Under the pieces are notes generated by a model. The model worked only from the letters and a program-made list of their open reading frames with translations, was not told the DNA's origin and ran no database searches. From Psammoneis japonica (lineage: Eukaryota): 64,000 bases of DNA. Location of the stretch: the NCBI GenBank assembly GCA_008632985.1, contig QPGO01000051.1, positions 1 to 64,000 of the forward strand, in the 5' to 3' direction. The stretch's first letter is position 1, and every line of letters begins with the position of its first letter. A program made the translations under genes and the position numbers. Of the stretch, positions 22,745 to 35,129 are shown in pieces.

Positions 22745-24027
22745 CTAATGAACACGCCCGACAGCTGCTTCTGATCCGCTGGTGGCGTTACCTTCAGAAT
22801 ACGAGTGTGCTCCAGTTCCAGCGAGTTTGCCGCCAGACACGATTTGATACTCTTCGCGAATCGGTTTGCCAGCCATGAAACACTCGAGAATTTCCCGCAC
22901 ACCAGCCGCATACCTTGCTTGGGCGCTCAAGGTTGTTCCTGATGTGTGAGGCGTCATACCGTGCCAAGGCATTTCCCTCCAAGGATGATCCGCGGGAGGC
23001 GGTTGTGGAAACCACACGTCGCCGGCGTACCCAGCGAGCTTTCCATCCTTGAGTGCCTTGGCAATCACATCGCGGTCGCACAGCTTACCACGTGCCGTGT
23101 TGACCAAGTAAGCACCTTGCTTGAAGAGATCAATGGTATCCGAGTTGACCATGTGCTCCGTCTCGGGATGAAGAGGACAATTTAGCGTAACCACGTCCAT
23201 CTCTTGAACCATGTCGGTCCAGTTTTCCCAGTAGGTGAGATTATACTTTTCCTCGACATCCTTGGGAAGGCGATGACGATCCGCATAGTGTAGCTGACAG
23301 TCAAACGGATGTAGTCGTTTGAGCACCGCAAGTCCAATACGGCCAGCAGCAACCGTCCCCACCTTCATCCCTTCAATGTCGTAGGCACGCTGGACACAAT
23401 CCGCAATGTTCCATTTTCCATCCTTGACAACATGGTAGGACGGAATGTAGTTGCGTGCCAAGGACAAAATCATCATGACGACATGTTCTGAGACCGAAAT
23501 GGAATTGCAATACGTCACTTCGCAGACATCAACATTGTGCTTCATGGCTGCCTCCAGATCAACATGGTCGGAGCCAATGCCCGCCGTGATTGCAGCTTTT
23601 AATTGAGGAGCCTTGGACAAGCGTTCTGCCGTCATGTAGGCCGGATAGAATGGCTGTGAAATGACATAAGAGGCATCAGCCAAATGAGCATCGAATTCCG
23701 AGTCGCTGCCGTCCTTGTCTGCCGTCACGACGAGTTCGTGTCCAGCTGCCTCGAGAAACGAGCGCAATCCTAATTCGCCAGAGACACAACCGAGCAACTC
23801 TCCCGGATTAAAGTCAATACTCGAAGGCGTGGGTGTCGTCTGGCCATCAGGATAGACGGAAATGTCTGGAATGGAGTCTCGAGCATACTTTGGGGGTATC
23901 CAGTGACTGGATCCGGGTAGAGCACCGCGACTATTTTGTCTTGCAAGACCGTCGACGTGCGGAAGCCACGACGAAGACTCAAAGCGGTCGAAGCCTTGGC
24001 ACGAAGAAGAGCACAGCGAGACAACAT
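22745..24027 (-). CDS. FDH: NAD-dependent formate dehydrogenase with mitochondrial transit-like leader (1-nt frameshift at G-run 23892-23896)
   Basis: SQPFYPAY, TAGIGSDHVDL, NSISVSEH, TVAAGRIG, GDVWFPQP, HGMTPHTSG. N-terminus MLSRCALLRAKASTALSLRRGFRTS...KIVAVLYPDPVTGYP lies in the adjacent frame. Confidence 0.93.
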
Positions 24028-24822
24028 GTTGACCGTCAACGGAAGCAGAAAGAAGTGAAGCACTTATCGCAGTGAAACAAAAAACAGCCGACGCAAGTAA
24101 GATCTGAAAAAGGGTTCTCTCAACGGATGAAGGTGTCACCTCTGGATCTTTTCGTTCATATTTCGCGACCAACGAACTGATTCCACGACTGAAGCTCCCC
24201 CCGACGTCTGACCGACCTTTTGCCGTTGCTTTTAATAAATCCTGCCAATGCCCAAAACGTTTATGCTGATCAAATGGGGGGAACTGCCGTATTGGAGAAA
24301 CTTCAAAGTCGAGAAGACTTGTACTAGTCAGCCATACAATGCTCATTACTTTTCTGGTAGAAGAACATTGATGAAATTGGGTTCTCCTGCGCCAAAAAAG
24401 GCTTCTCATTCTCAGCCAGACTTGAAAACGTGAGAAAGCGTCGAGGAGGATGGGAAAGCAGGCACAGCCCAAATCTCAGATGGTCAGGGTCAATGTAATA
24501 CTCCCAGCATATCTGTATCTTTAGGGTCTTTGTACAGTGTGTTCAAAGCCCGTCTTGTTTGACAAGCAGGAAGGTGTGTGGTAATAGGGCCTTGTGCATG
24601 GCCTAAATAGGCTCTTCGTCGTTTTGGGGTTATGTGCTCATCATTCATAACGCGGGAAGCAAAGACGGAAAGAGGTGCGAGGAGACGAAGACGCCACAGC
24701 ACCACCGCAACTAACTACTGTAACATCGGAACTTGCGTTAGAGCTTATAAACAGGCTTATGCTACCGGTATAGATTGATTGAACTTTCGGATAGATAGAT
24801 TCATAACAGACTCCTACATAAA

Positions 24823-25478
24823 ATGGTGAAACCGACTCCAGATAATGTCAAAGAGGTGCTAAGCCAACTGACTTCTTCGCAGCAGGTGGTGCTGCGAGCT
24901 TACATTGCCTCACTCAAGGAAGAGATCAAGGAGGCCGAGACTGCTCTTCGTCAAGCTGAGGACGGAGATCCACATGCTCATTACCATGGACACGAGAAAT
25001 GCACTAGTGGTATGTTATGAACTTGTGTTGTTTTGATTTTTTGTTTGGAAACTTTACTTTTTTCTTATTCACTCCTTCCGATTTTCTTTAACATCTTCGC
25101 TCTTCAGATCATTCCCACGGACACGAACACCACGGTAAGGAAGAAGTTCACAAAGATCATGATCATGCACACGAGCATCATGCCGAAAACGAGGGACACT
25201 CGCACGGGCATGAACACAACGCCGATAAAGAGGAACACTCTCACGGGCATGACCATCAAACCGAAAAAGAGGGACACTCGCATGGGCATGAACACCACGC
25301 CGAAAAGGAGGGACACTCGCACGGGCATGAACACCAGAAGGATGACGACGTTCCTGCGTGGAAAAAGAAAGCCTTAGAAGCAGGCGCATCCGCCGATCCA
25401 ATGGCCGCTCCGTTTGGCGGCTCTTGGAATACAGAGGCAGTAGTGAGTGCCAAAGACGATGATAAAATGGAAGAATAA
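24823..25478 (+). CDS. Small His-rich protein with (H/G)SHGH(E/D)H repeats; 2 exons, intron 25010-25107
   Basis: GT..AG splice joins HGHEKCTS to DHSHGHEHHGKEE...VPAWKKKALEAGASADPMAAPFGGSWNTE...KMEE*. Confidence 0.8.
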
Positions 25479-25565
25479 GCCATAACAGATTCCCATAATC
25501 ATGTGCTACTGTTCTCGTCGGCATACACTACTACTACTGCTTTCCCATCAATTATCGTCCTGTAC

Positions 25566-26747
25566 TCAATCCAACTCGGGCATCTCTTCATCTTCATCAC
25601 CTTCCAAATCGGGCATCTCGTCGACATCGGAGTCATCACCCATGCCGCCGGCCGCTGCACCTCCCATGCCTGCACCCATACCTCCCATGCCACCAGGCAT
25701 TCCTCCGCCCATCATTGGTCCAAGCTTGGCCATTATCTTTTGCATGACGGGGCCAACTTCAGGATCACTCATAACCTCCTGTACCTTTTCTCGATTGGAC
25801 ATGAGTTCCATGGGATTTGACATGAGTTCTTCAAGCGCAGCTCGAACCTTTGGATTCTCCAATTCTTGAGCAATTTCCGGATCCGATGCAAGCATCCCCA
25901 AGAATGCGTCTGCCATGCTACCACCACCTCCTGGCATGCCACCCGGCATACCACCGGGCATACTGCTACTGGCAGAGGCACGCGCCTCGGCTTGTTCCTT
26001 GGCGGCTTCTTCTTGCGCCTTTTTGATTTCCGAGGCACGCTTCTTGAGTTTTTCTTCGTGCGCCAGTTTCGCCTTGACTTGTTCGTGTTCAATCTCTGCC
26101 ATTTTGGTCGTGGCCAGCTTCAAGTCCTCCACAGTGCCCTCATCAAAGTCCACTTGCTGCGCTTCCGACAAGTCGTGTCGAGCATCCTTCCACTGCTCCA
26201 ATTCAATATAAGCCTTGCCGCGCGTCCGCAACGCCTTGGCGGAATCGGGATTCTTCTTGAGCGCCTCGTCACAATCGTGTTTGGCCGCCTTGGGACGTCC
26301 CAATTTCAAGAGACAAATGGCACGATTGGCCAACAATAGTGCGGACGGCTCTGCTGCCAAGACAGCTTGGGTGTACTCTTCCAAGGCCTCTTCCCACTTG
26401 CCGTCAGATTTGAGATCTGCCGCCTTTTGTTTGTGCTCGGCAGCCTTGTCGAAATCTTCGCCTTCCGAGTACATGGGAGGAAAGTCGGCCTCCTTCTCGC
26501 CGTCATCCTCCTCCTCTTCTTCTTCAACTTTAGCCTCAGGGAACTCTTCTCCAGAAAGTTGGGAAATGTAATCCTTAAGCACAGCTTCAGTATGGGAACA
26601 AACAACAGCAGCGTAAGGTGTGAATCGTGAATAAGGATTCTTATTCTCGAGCGGAATGTCGCTCGCGAGTTGCATTTCTTTTCTCTCACCTTGATCAGAC
26701 ACTTCCAACTTTTCAATCACATCCAATACCTCTTGTGGGATAGTCAT
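25566..26747 (-). CDS. ST13: Hsp70-interacting protein (HIP/ST13-like), TPR + STI1 domains
   Basis: Acidic linker, three TPRs (LLANRAICLLKLGRPKAAKHDCDEALKKNPDSAKALRTRGKA), GGMP repeats, DPE-containing STI1 domain; may hide a short in-frame intron near the 5' end. Confidence 0.88.
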   Translation of the reverse strand: MTIPQEVLDVIEKLEVSDQGERKEMQLASDIPLENKNPYSRFTPYAAVVCSHTEAVLKDYISQLSGEEFPEAKVEEEEEEDDGEKEADFPPMYSEGEDFDKAAEHKQKAADLKSDGKWEEALEEYTQAVLAAEPSALLLANRAICLLKLGRPKAAKHDCDEALKKNPDSAKALRTRGKAYIELEQWKDARHDLSEAQQVDFDEGTVEDLKLATTKMAEIEHEQVKAKLAHEEKLKKRASEIKKAQEEAAKEQAEARASASSSMPGGMPGGMPGGGGSMADAFLGMLASDPEIAQELENPKVRAALEELMSNPMELMSNREKVQEVMSDPEVGPVMQKIMAKLGPMMGGGMPGGMGGMGAGMGGAAAGGMGDDSDVDEMPDLEGDEDEEMPELD

Positions 26748-27144
26748 GATTCGTATTGTCCTTGTATGATTGACTTGACGATTGCAGCAACGCTTGTGGT
26801 CGTTGTGATCGAGATCTTTTCGTGTCTTCTGTCTTGCTCGTCTCAGTGAAAATATTTCTTCGGATCTGTATGTAAATCAATATACGGAGCTTGGAGGGAG
26901 TTGTTCTGTCCATCCCACCGTGTCGGAGGGAGATTTTGAGGTGGCACGAGGGACGACGCGCGACGAAAACTCGCGCGAGATCGATCCGACAACGAGACGC
27001 GATAGACGCGCGAGGCACAACGACGGCAAAAAAACAAGACGCCACTACACGTCTGAAGAAAGGCGACCATGTTTCGTATCCAACAAGCCACTTGACTGCC
27101 ATCAAAACTGCTACAAATCATACTAAAGCATTTCAAGACTCATC

Positions 27145-30100
27145 ATGGAGCAATTTCTCGTAGAGCTACAGCAGGAACGAGATCGAGAGGCAGATGAATC
27201 AACTGCTCACTTTTCTCCCAACAATCTATACCAGCAAGCCTCACGAGACTTGTTGGAAGCTCTTTTGAAAGCATCAGAGGAGCAAGAGAAAGAAGCTACG
27301 CAAGAACAAGTCGTTTCAGATGCCACAACAGTCAGTTTCAGTACAGTGGCTTTTGGATTTATGTTCCAAAACATCCTCTGCTCAACTCTTGGGCGGTCCG
27401 TCTCAATTGGCGATTCAAATTGTACGTGCTGCGAATTTAAACGACGAAGCTCAGCAACAGGCTGCTCTGTTTGATGCATTGGGAGAAGACGGTATGGAAG
27501 TCATGTTTGAAATTGTACCTCATTTACAAAGCATTCGAAAACAAATTGCAGAATCATCCATTCCTCAAGACAATAGCACTTTTGCTACTACTCAAAACGA
27601 GACCTTGTTTGATCCAGAGGAACAATTACGACAACAACTGTTACAAGAAGCGCAGGATGCATCTCATGTTGCCGAGCTGACAAGAATAGAAGCAGACGCA
27701 CTGCTACAGCAAAACAATAGCAGTTCGCTAGCTACTCACACGGTGGTTCGTACCAAGGATGTTCAAAAGGCGCAAAAGGACGCCAAAAAGGCAGCCAAAC
27801 GTGCGGCAGCGGCGTGGGCGGCAGCACGAGAAGCGGGGGTCGTGGATGAACAAGACTTGTATCTACAGGCACCTTCTGCAGAAGGATTTGGTAGTGGTGG
27901 TCTTATGAATCGTTCCCGAGAAGAGTTGCAAAGCATGCAATTGTCGCTCGCTCGAGAAGGCACGAGGGAGTACCATCAAGAAAAGGGATTGCCGGCCGGA
28001 ACCGAGCGAGAAATGACGGATGGATACGAGATTGTCACCATTCCTGCACCGGTACGAGAAGCGCAGAATTTACCGGCGAGGTTGCGCATTGACGACACTT
28101 TAGACAGTGCGTCTGCCAAGAGAGCCTTTGCAGGAACAACTAGTTTGAACCCCATGCAGTCCAAAACCTTTGACATTGCCTATCACACTCGCGAAAACAT
28201 GCTGGTTTGTGCTCCAACTGGAGCGGGAAAGACCAATGTAGCAATGTTGACGGTTGTCGCGCATTTTCGCAATGTCGGTCTCTTGCCGGATGCAACGCCA
28301 CAAATGGTGGATACGGGAAAGAAAGTTGTGTACATTGCTCCCATGAAGGCATTGGCACAAGAAGTAGTTTCCAAGTTCTCGTCCAAATTGAATCCATTAG
28401 GCTTTGTCGTCAAGGAACTGACGGGTGACATGCAACTGACACGAGCCGAAGCGGATGCCGCACACGTTCTCGTGACGACACCGGAAAAGTGGGACGTTGT
28501 TACACGAAAGAGTTCCAACGATGACAACTCGTTGGGAAACAGTTGTGGCTTGCTCATTATTGATGAGGTTCACTTGCTGGCTGATGAACGAGGTGCGGTT
28601 ATTGAAAGCGTCGTGGCGCGACTACACCGTCTTGTGGAGAGTCGACAGCGACAAGTCAGAATTGTCGGCTTGTCAGCGACCCTTCCAAACTACAAGGACG
28701 TGGCTGAATTTCTACAAGTCCAACCGGATCGCGGTTTGTTTTACTTTGGACCCGAGTACCGTCCCGTTCCACTACAACAGCAATTTATTGGTTGCATTAC
28801 CCACAGCAATGATCGATATGTAAAGGAAAACAAAATGAATGAAGTTTGTTACGATATCGTTGTGGACTCCTTGCGTCGGGGCCACCAAGTATTGGTCTTT
28901 GTGCATTCGCGAAAGGGCACGGGTGATACAGCCACGGCGCTTACGGAAATAGCACAACACAATGAAGAATTGGAGAGCGTCTTTTGTACTCAAGGCAAAG
29001 AGGGAGCCGCGGGTGACGCGTATAAGCGATACGTCGAACGTGTGCGCAAGTCACGAAACCGCGAAGTTGGTTTGCACTTTGAAAATGGCTTTGGCATTCA
29101 TCACGCAGGTATGCTCCGTGGTGATCGAAAACTATCGGAGCAAATGTTTGCCGATGGAGCAATCAAGGTCTTGTGTTGTACTGCAACCTTGGCGTGGGGA
29201 GTGAACCTACCCTGTCACTCGGTCGTTATCAAGGGAACGGAGGTTTACAATCCCGAAAAGGGAGGAAACGTCGATTTGAGTATATTGGATGTCCAACAAA
29301 TTTTTGGTCGTGCCGGTAGGCCGCAATTCGACACCTCGGGCGAGGCAACGCTCATTACAAACCACAAGGCTCTGGCTCGGTATCTTGACAAACTTGTGCG
29401 AGCTGTGCCTATCGAAAGCACTTCATAAAGCAACTCCCCGACCATTTGAATGCCGAGATTGTAGGTGGAACAGTGGCTAACATTCGCGAGGCCGCCACCT
29501 GGTTGACATATACCTATCTTCATGTTAGGATGCTTCGTAATCCTTTGGCGTATGGGATATCAGCGGACCAAAAAGACGATGATCCGATGTTACGGGGACG
29601 GAGTAAGGAACTGGTTGAAGAAGCCGCCAAACTTCTAGCAGGCAACCACATGATTCGTTATGAGCCAGCAAGCGGTAATCTTTCTTTCAGGGACCTTGGT
29701 CGTGTGGCGGCTCACTTCTATCTTCAAGCCGAGAGTGTTGCGACTTTCAATGAAATGCTGGGACACAATAGCGACCCAACAGATGTTCAGTTATGCCATG
29801 TTATTTGCTGCGCCAGTGAGTTTGAAAATGTTCGAATACGTCAAGAAGAACTCAAAGAATTGGATGGTCTTGTTGAAAAGGCATGCCCGCTCCCAGTAGA
29901 GCCGCCAATTCATGAGTCTTCTGACAAATGTCTTGTGTTGATGCAAGCTTTTATATCCCGGTACGCTGTCCGTAGCTTCACACTAATCTCGGACACAAAC
30001 TACATTGCTTCCAATGGCGGACGGGTGGCGCGGGCCATGTTTGAAATGACACTGAAAAATAGCAAAGCTAGGCCTGCTCTCAAGCTTTTTGCGTATTGCA

Positions 30101-33100
30101 AAGAGTATCGACAAACGAGTGTGGTGGTTTCAAAGTCCTTTGAGACAGTTTGAAGGTGAGCTACGCCATAATGTATTCAATGCTCTCGAGAGCAGAAAAG
30201 TCGGTGCAGAGACTGGGTACACCGCCTTCGAGTCAACGCTTGCCTTGTTGGATATGCATCCCAAGGAGGTTGGTCAGCTCTGCCATTGGGCAAAAGGCGG
30301 CGACAAGGTGCAGAGACTGGTGAGGATGCTACCGCGTGTCGAGGTGGCATGTATGGTAAAGCCCATCACAAGGAGTATCATGCGCTTTCATGTCACTCTA
30401 ACGCCAGCCTTCGAATGGCACGGGCGTTGGCATGGTGGAGCAGAGTCATTTTGGTTGTGGGTCGAAGACGAAAACAATGACAGAATGTGAGTATCGGAAG
30501 GATTGAAAATCTCACAGCTTGCTGAATCGTCTCACCTGTGGCTTAATATTGCTTCTGATAGATTTCATCAAGAACACGTGATTTTTTCTCGACGCACGCA
30601 CCCCGAACCCGTCACACTGGAGCTTGTTATACCTCTTTTAGTGACATCCCCAGTCAGTACTTTGTTCGAATGGTGTCCGATTCATGGGTGGGGGTAGAAA
30701 CGGTAATTCCAGTGTCCTTTCGACACGTACAGATACCGTCACAGACGACGCCTTTCACGGATTTGCTGGACTTGACTCCATTGCCAACAACAGCGCTACA
30801 AGAGTCGAAATATGAACAGCTGTATAGGTTTGATACGTTCAATCCCATTCAGACTCAACTGTTCCATGTATTATATCACACAGATTCACCCGTGCTTCTA
30901 GGAGCGCCCACTGGCTCTGGAAAGACAATTGTTGCTGAGCTTGCTCTTCTCGTAAGTACTTTTTGAAGCATTAGTTGATATCCAGTACTCCAGCTTGATC
31001 TGAATCACATCTTGGTGTATTGCAGAGAATGAAACGAATTCATCCGAAGGGCATTTGTGTGTATATTGCTCCTTTGAAGTCACTTGCCAGAGAGCGACTG
31101 AGGGAGTGGCGCCGAAGCCTTGGATCTCCTCCATTGCGATGGACGGTTCTCGAGCTCTCTGGTGACACGCACCATGACAGAAGTGCATTGAACAAGGCCG
31201 ATGTGCTTGTGTGTACCCCCGAAAAATGGGACCTCATATCTCGTGGATGGCAAGGAAGAAAAGACTCGAGTGGTGAAAGCAACATCATTCATGGTCGCGG
31301 TTTCGTGAAAAGGGTCCGTCTCCTGGTCATCGATGAAATCCACTTGCTTGGTGAAGAAAGAGGTGCGGTGCTGGAAGCGATAGTCAGCAGAACCAGATTC
31401 ATCTCGAAACATATAGAGAATGAGAGGGACACAAGCAAAACGGAAGCCCAAAACGATTCTGAGTCTGGGGCGAATGAAATCACTCGCATTGTCGGGCTTT
31501 CAACTGCTCTTTCTAATCCTTTTGACCTTGCAGATTGGATTGGTATTGACACTTCCACAGACACCGTAAAGGCAAGAAGGGGCCTGTACAACTTTCGTCC
31601 ATCAGTGCGGCCAGTACCCATGACTATCCATATGCAGGGTTTTGCTGGCAAGCATTATTGCCCACGGTAAGTAAACACTGCTGGTATAAACATGTTGTTG
31701 TTTGCTTTGACTTCTTCAATCCTCTGATCATTCCTCCCCTCTCGAAACTTCAGCATGGCGACAATGAACAAGCCGTGCTACAGCGCGATAAAGCATCACT
31801 CGCCCTCGAAACCTGTCATCATCTTTGTAGCTTCAAGACGGCAGACTCGGCTCACCGCCATGGACCTCATCAGTTATGCTGCAGCTGATGAAAACCCTCG
31901 GGCTTTTCTGGGCTGCCCGGATGAATACATCAGATCAATTGCTGAGACACTATCTGACGAGGCTCTTCGTCACACAACTTCGTTTGGAATTGGCCTTCAT
32001 CATGCTGGACTGTCGTCTAAAGACAGAGAGACGTAAGTTGCCTATTTTTTTTTGTTGAGATCTACATTTTTCCTTTGTCTCATTTCTTAAGATTCATTTT
32101 CGTGAAGTGTTGAAACGCTGTTTCTAAATGGGGAAATCCAGGTGCTGGTGGCAACAGGTGGGTCCCTGTCCTACGCGTGACCGAGGACGAAGTCAATTTG
32201 CATTCTAACTTTCTGCTCATCGTCTGCACCAATAGCAACCTTGGCTTGGGGGGTCAATCTTCCTGCCTCTTTTGTAATTGTGAAGGGGACAGAATACTTC
32301 GATGGAAAGACATCTCGTTATGTCGACTACCCCCTTACGGACGTCCTTCAAATGATTGGACGTGCTGGAAGACCCCAGTTTGATACTGAGGGAGTGGCTC
32401 TAGTGATGGTAGCTGAAGAGAAGAAGCCATTTTACAAAGTACGTTGGCATCAATCTAGTGTCACGGAGAAACGTTGTCGAGCGTGTGGACGCCACTAATA
32501 CCATCATTGTCCGTGTGTCGTTTCCTTTCAACAGAAATTTCTATATTCTCCCTTCCCTGTCGAGTCCTGCCTACGTGAACGACTATGCGAGAATATCAAT
32601 GCCGAAATTGCTATTGGTATGATTAATTCCGTTGACGATGCTGTAGGATACTTGAAATGGACGTTCTTTTATAGAAGGGTGAAGCAGAATCCTTCGTTTT
32701 ATGGAGTAGAATCTAACATCGACGAAGATGTCCAGAAGTATCTTGTGACTGTTGTTCAGGGGACGACGTCAAAACTGCATGAACACGGTTGCATCCGCAT
32801 GGAGGATGATTCTAGTTTGATATCGACCCATTTAGGTCAAACCGCGTCAGACTACTACCTCGACCATCGCACGCCGAAGCAGATGCAAATGGGTGTGCGA
32901 GAAACTAGAAAAGTTCTAATGAATTGTCTTTCAGATCCGGACGAGAAGCTTGCTTCAAAGGACATCAATGGTGCAGTCGGTACGTCCCAGTCAACCGGCA
33001 TGCCTTTCTTTCGATCGTCAGAAGTAGATGAGGTTTGTTTTGCTTTGCTTGCATATTATCTGTCGACAACGCACGAGTTCGACGAACTTCCTGTCCGGCA

Positions 33101-34183
33101 CAATGAAGAATTCTTGAATCTTGAACTCAGCAAACGACTGTCCTGGGGAGCCGACGCACGCACTACCTTTGCTGGGTCGAACCGTGATACGAAGGATGAT
33201 CTCGACATAATGGCGGATCCGCACACCAAGTGAGTACCTTGCAGCAGGTTGGAATTGGTCATGCGTAGGCTGAAGAAAGCCCTGGCGCTAACGCAGTTAC
33301 CTTCTCGTATACAGGTGTTTCCTTTTGATACAGGCTCACATGGTACGAGCAAAGCTACCAATGAGTGACTATGTGAATGATACAAGAACTGTCTTAGATC
33401 AGCTTCCCCGACTTTTGGCCGCATTGCAACATGTGGCAAAAGACGACAAGCAAGCGGAAGGAAGTTTTGAGCTGATGTGTCAGCTTTCCAGGACCAAGCA
33501 GCTTGTTCAATCACGAACGATGGTAAGAACGCTGGTGTTCCATTGTTTCGTGTGGAAAACTTGCGCTAACTGTTGTTTGTTTTGGACGTTACTTATAGCC
33601 TGACACTGATCCATTATGCCAAATCCCTGGCATTACTCCAGATTCCCTTCGAAGGTCGAAGAAGAACGGAAAGCACAAGAAGGCGTTGGCATCATTTTTC
33701 ACATTGCGCTCAATGGACAAATCAGAAGCCATGCCTGTGATTCGCGGGGTGTTGCAATCCAATAAAGGGGGCGTCGATCGAGCACTGAATTTCCTTTTCT
33801 CCGTTCCCGCGGTTTCGGTAAAGAACTTGGCAGTATCACATGCTGTTGACAAACAAGATGGCAGAAGCACCGGCAAATTGTCATTCACGGTATGTGCAGA
33901 GTACAGCGCAAGCTTCAATCGCGAATCTGAAACCAGTACGGTTTGTTCTTTTTCGGCCATTTTGGGAAGTCTGAAGCGCCGAGCGCTCTTGAGTCACCGA
34001 GCCGTTGCGATTTCAAGAGAGAATCGAAACGGAAGCGAATCTTCTACCAAGGACGTGATAATGGAATTTGACTGGGCGCAAGCGAATGCTGATGGGGGCG
34101 AAGACGGTGGATCCATGGTTCTGCGGGTAGTATCTGAAGACTTTCGAGGTATCGACATAGAAATGAAAGTGGCGCTCGTATAA
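27145..34183 (+). CDS. ASCC3: ASCC3/Slh1-like dual-cassette Ski2-family helicase (multi-exon)
   Basis: Two cassettes: [26 protein letters not shown] and [26 protein letters not shown], Sec63 domains ([13 protein letters not shown]); several GT-AG introns after ~30487; single-base frameshifts near 27300, 29420, 30087 and 30637. Confidence 0.9.
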
Positions 34184-34288
34184 ACGCAAGAGTCATTTCA
34201 ACCATCTGTTCGTTGTGAACTTTGTACTCGAATCACGAGAGAATTCTTTCGTAAATAACTTGTTTCTAATAATGAAGGTTTCTAATGA

Positions 34289-34702
34289 TTATTGTTCGTG
34301 GTACGTAAACTCAATCCTGTTTCCAGACGGCTCGAAGACCATAGCATGAGTCAGAGGTGTACCCGGTAGCTCCTGGGGTGCGAAATCGCTCGTCACTCCG
34401 TCGAGTGCCGTCACAATGTCATAAACTTCCTTCAGGGCATCTTTGGAAGGGACTTTAATGGCCAGGTGATGCAGGCCTACATTCTTGCGTCTGTCAAAAG
34501 GAGTTGCACCTTCATCCGTTTGCCACAGAGTGACTAGAGATGAGCCGTCGGAGACGAAATACGAAGGGTAGGATTCGCTGCCGCCAACCTTGGAATATCC
34601 AATGGATTCGAAGAACTTGAAGGAAGCTTCAAGGTCGGAGACTGAGAGGCCGACGTGAGAAACTCCGGAGGTAAGGCTTTTATTTGCGCTTGGGATAGAC
34701 AT
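34289..34702 (-). CDS. VOC/glyoxalase-bleomycin resistance family protein
   Basis: GVSHVGLSVSDLEASFKFF, FDRRKNVGLHHLAIKV, EPSGNRIEF; intronless 137 aa. Confidence 0.9.
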   Translation of the reverse strand: MSIPSANKSLTSGVSHVGLSVSDLEASFKFFESIGYSKVGGSESYPSYFVSDGSSLVTLWQTDEGATPFDRRKNVGLHHLAIKVPSKDALKEVYDIVTALDGVTSDFAPQELPGTPLTHAMVFEPSGNRIEFTYHEQ

Positions 34703-35129
34703 GTTGACGAGGTTTAGATTAGCGTTGTTCTTTTGGTTGATGTTTTCTTGATTTTGTGAGCACCCTCATTGTTCCTTCTCCCCCAGACCTGTTGACTGCA
34801 CTGTGCTTCGACGAAGTTCTTGCTTTTGGCGCGCGAAAGCTGCACACGAAGGAATCGATAAAAACATATCAATCACGAGGAATATAAATTTTAATATTAA
34901 TCCGACCAATCAGAGATCGCCCATACCACGAATTATTGCCCTCCTACAGTGTATGGTGTACTGCCCTTGCGACCTTCACCTCCTCATTTTTTCGCCCAAG
35001 CCATTTTCGCATCTCGTTTGTCGAAGATCCCACACCCTCATTGATCATGACATCAGACGCAGGTTGATCTCACAAAACAGAGAAATATCTAAAACAACTA
35101 CATCAAATAATCGATAGCAAGCATTCAGT

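Noticed and set aside
24028..24472. N-terminal extension of the 575-aa FDH ORF
   Set aside because: The homologous N-terminus is in the adjacent frame starting at 24027; the extension results from the frameshift.
27145..34183. Programmed frameshifting or pseudogenisation of ASCC3 (also FDH and 37178..38178)
   Set aside because: Shifts are single-base indels, mostly at short homopolymers, in otherwise well-conserved genes; long-read consensus error is the simpler explanation.
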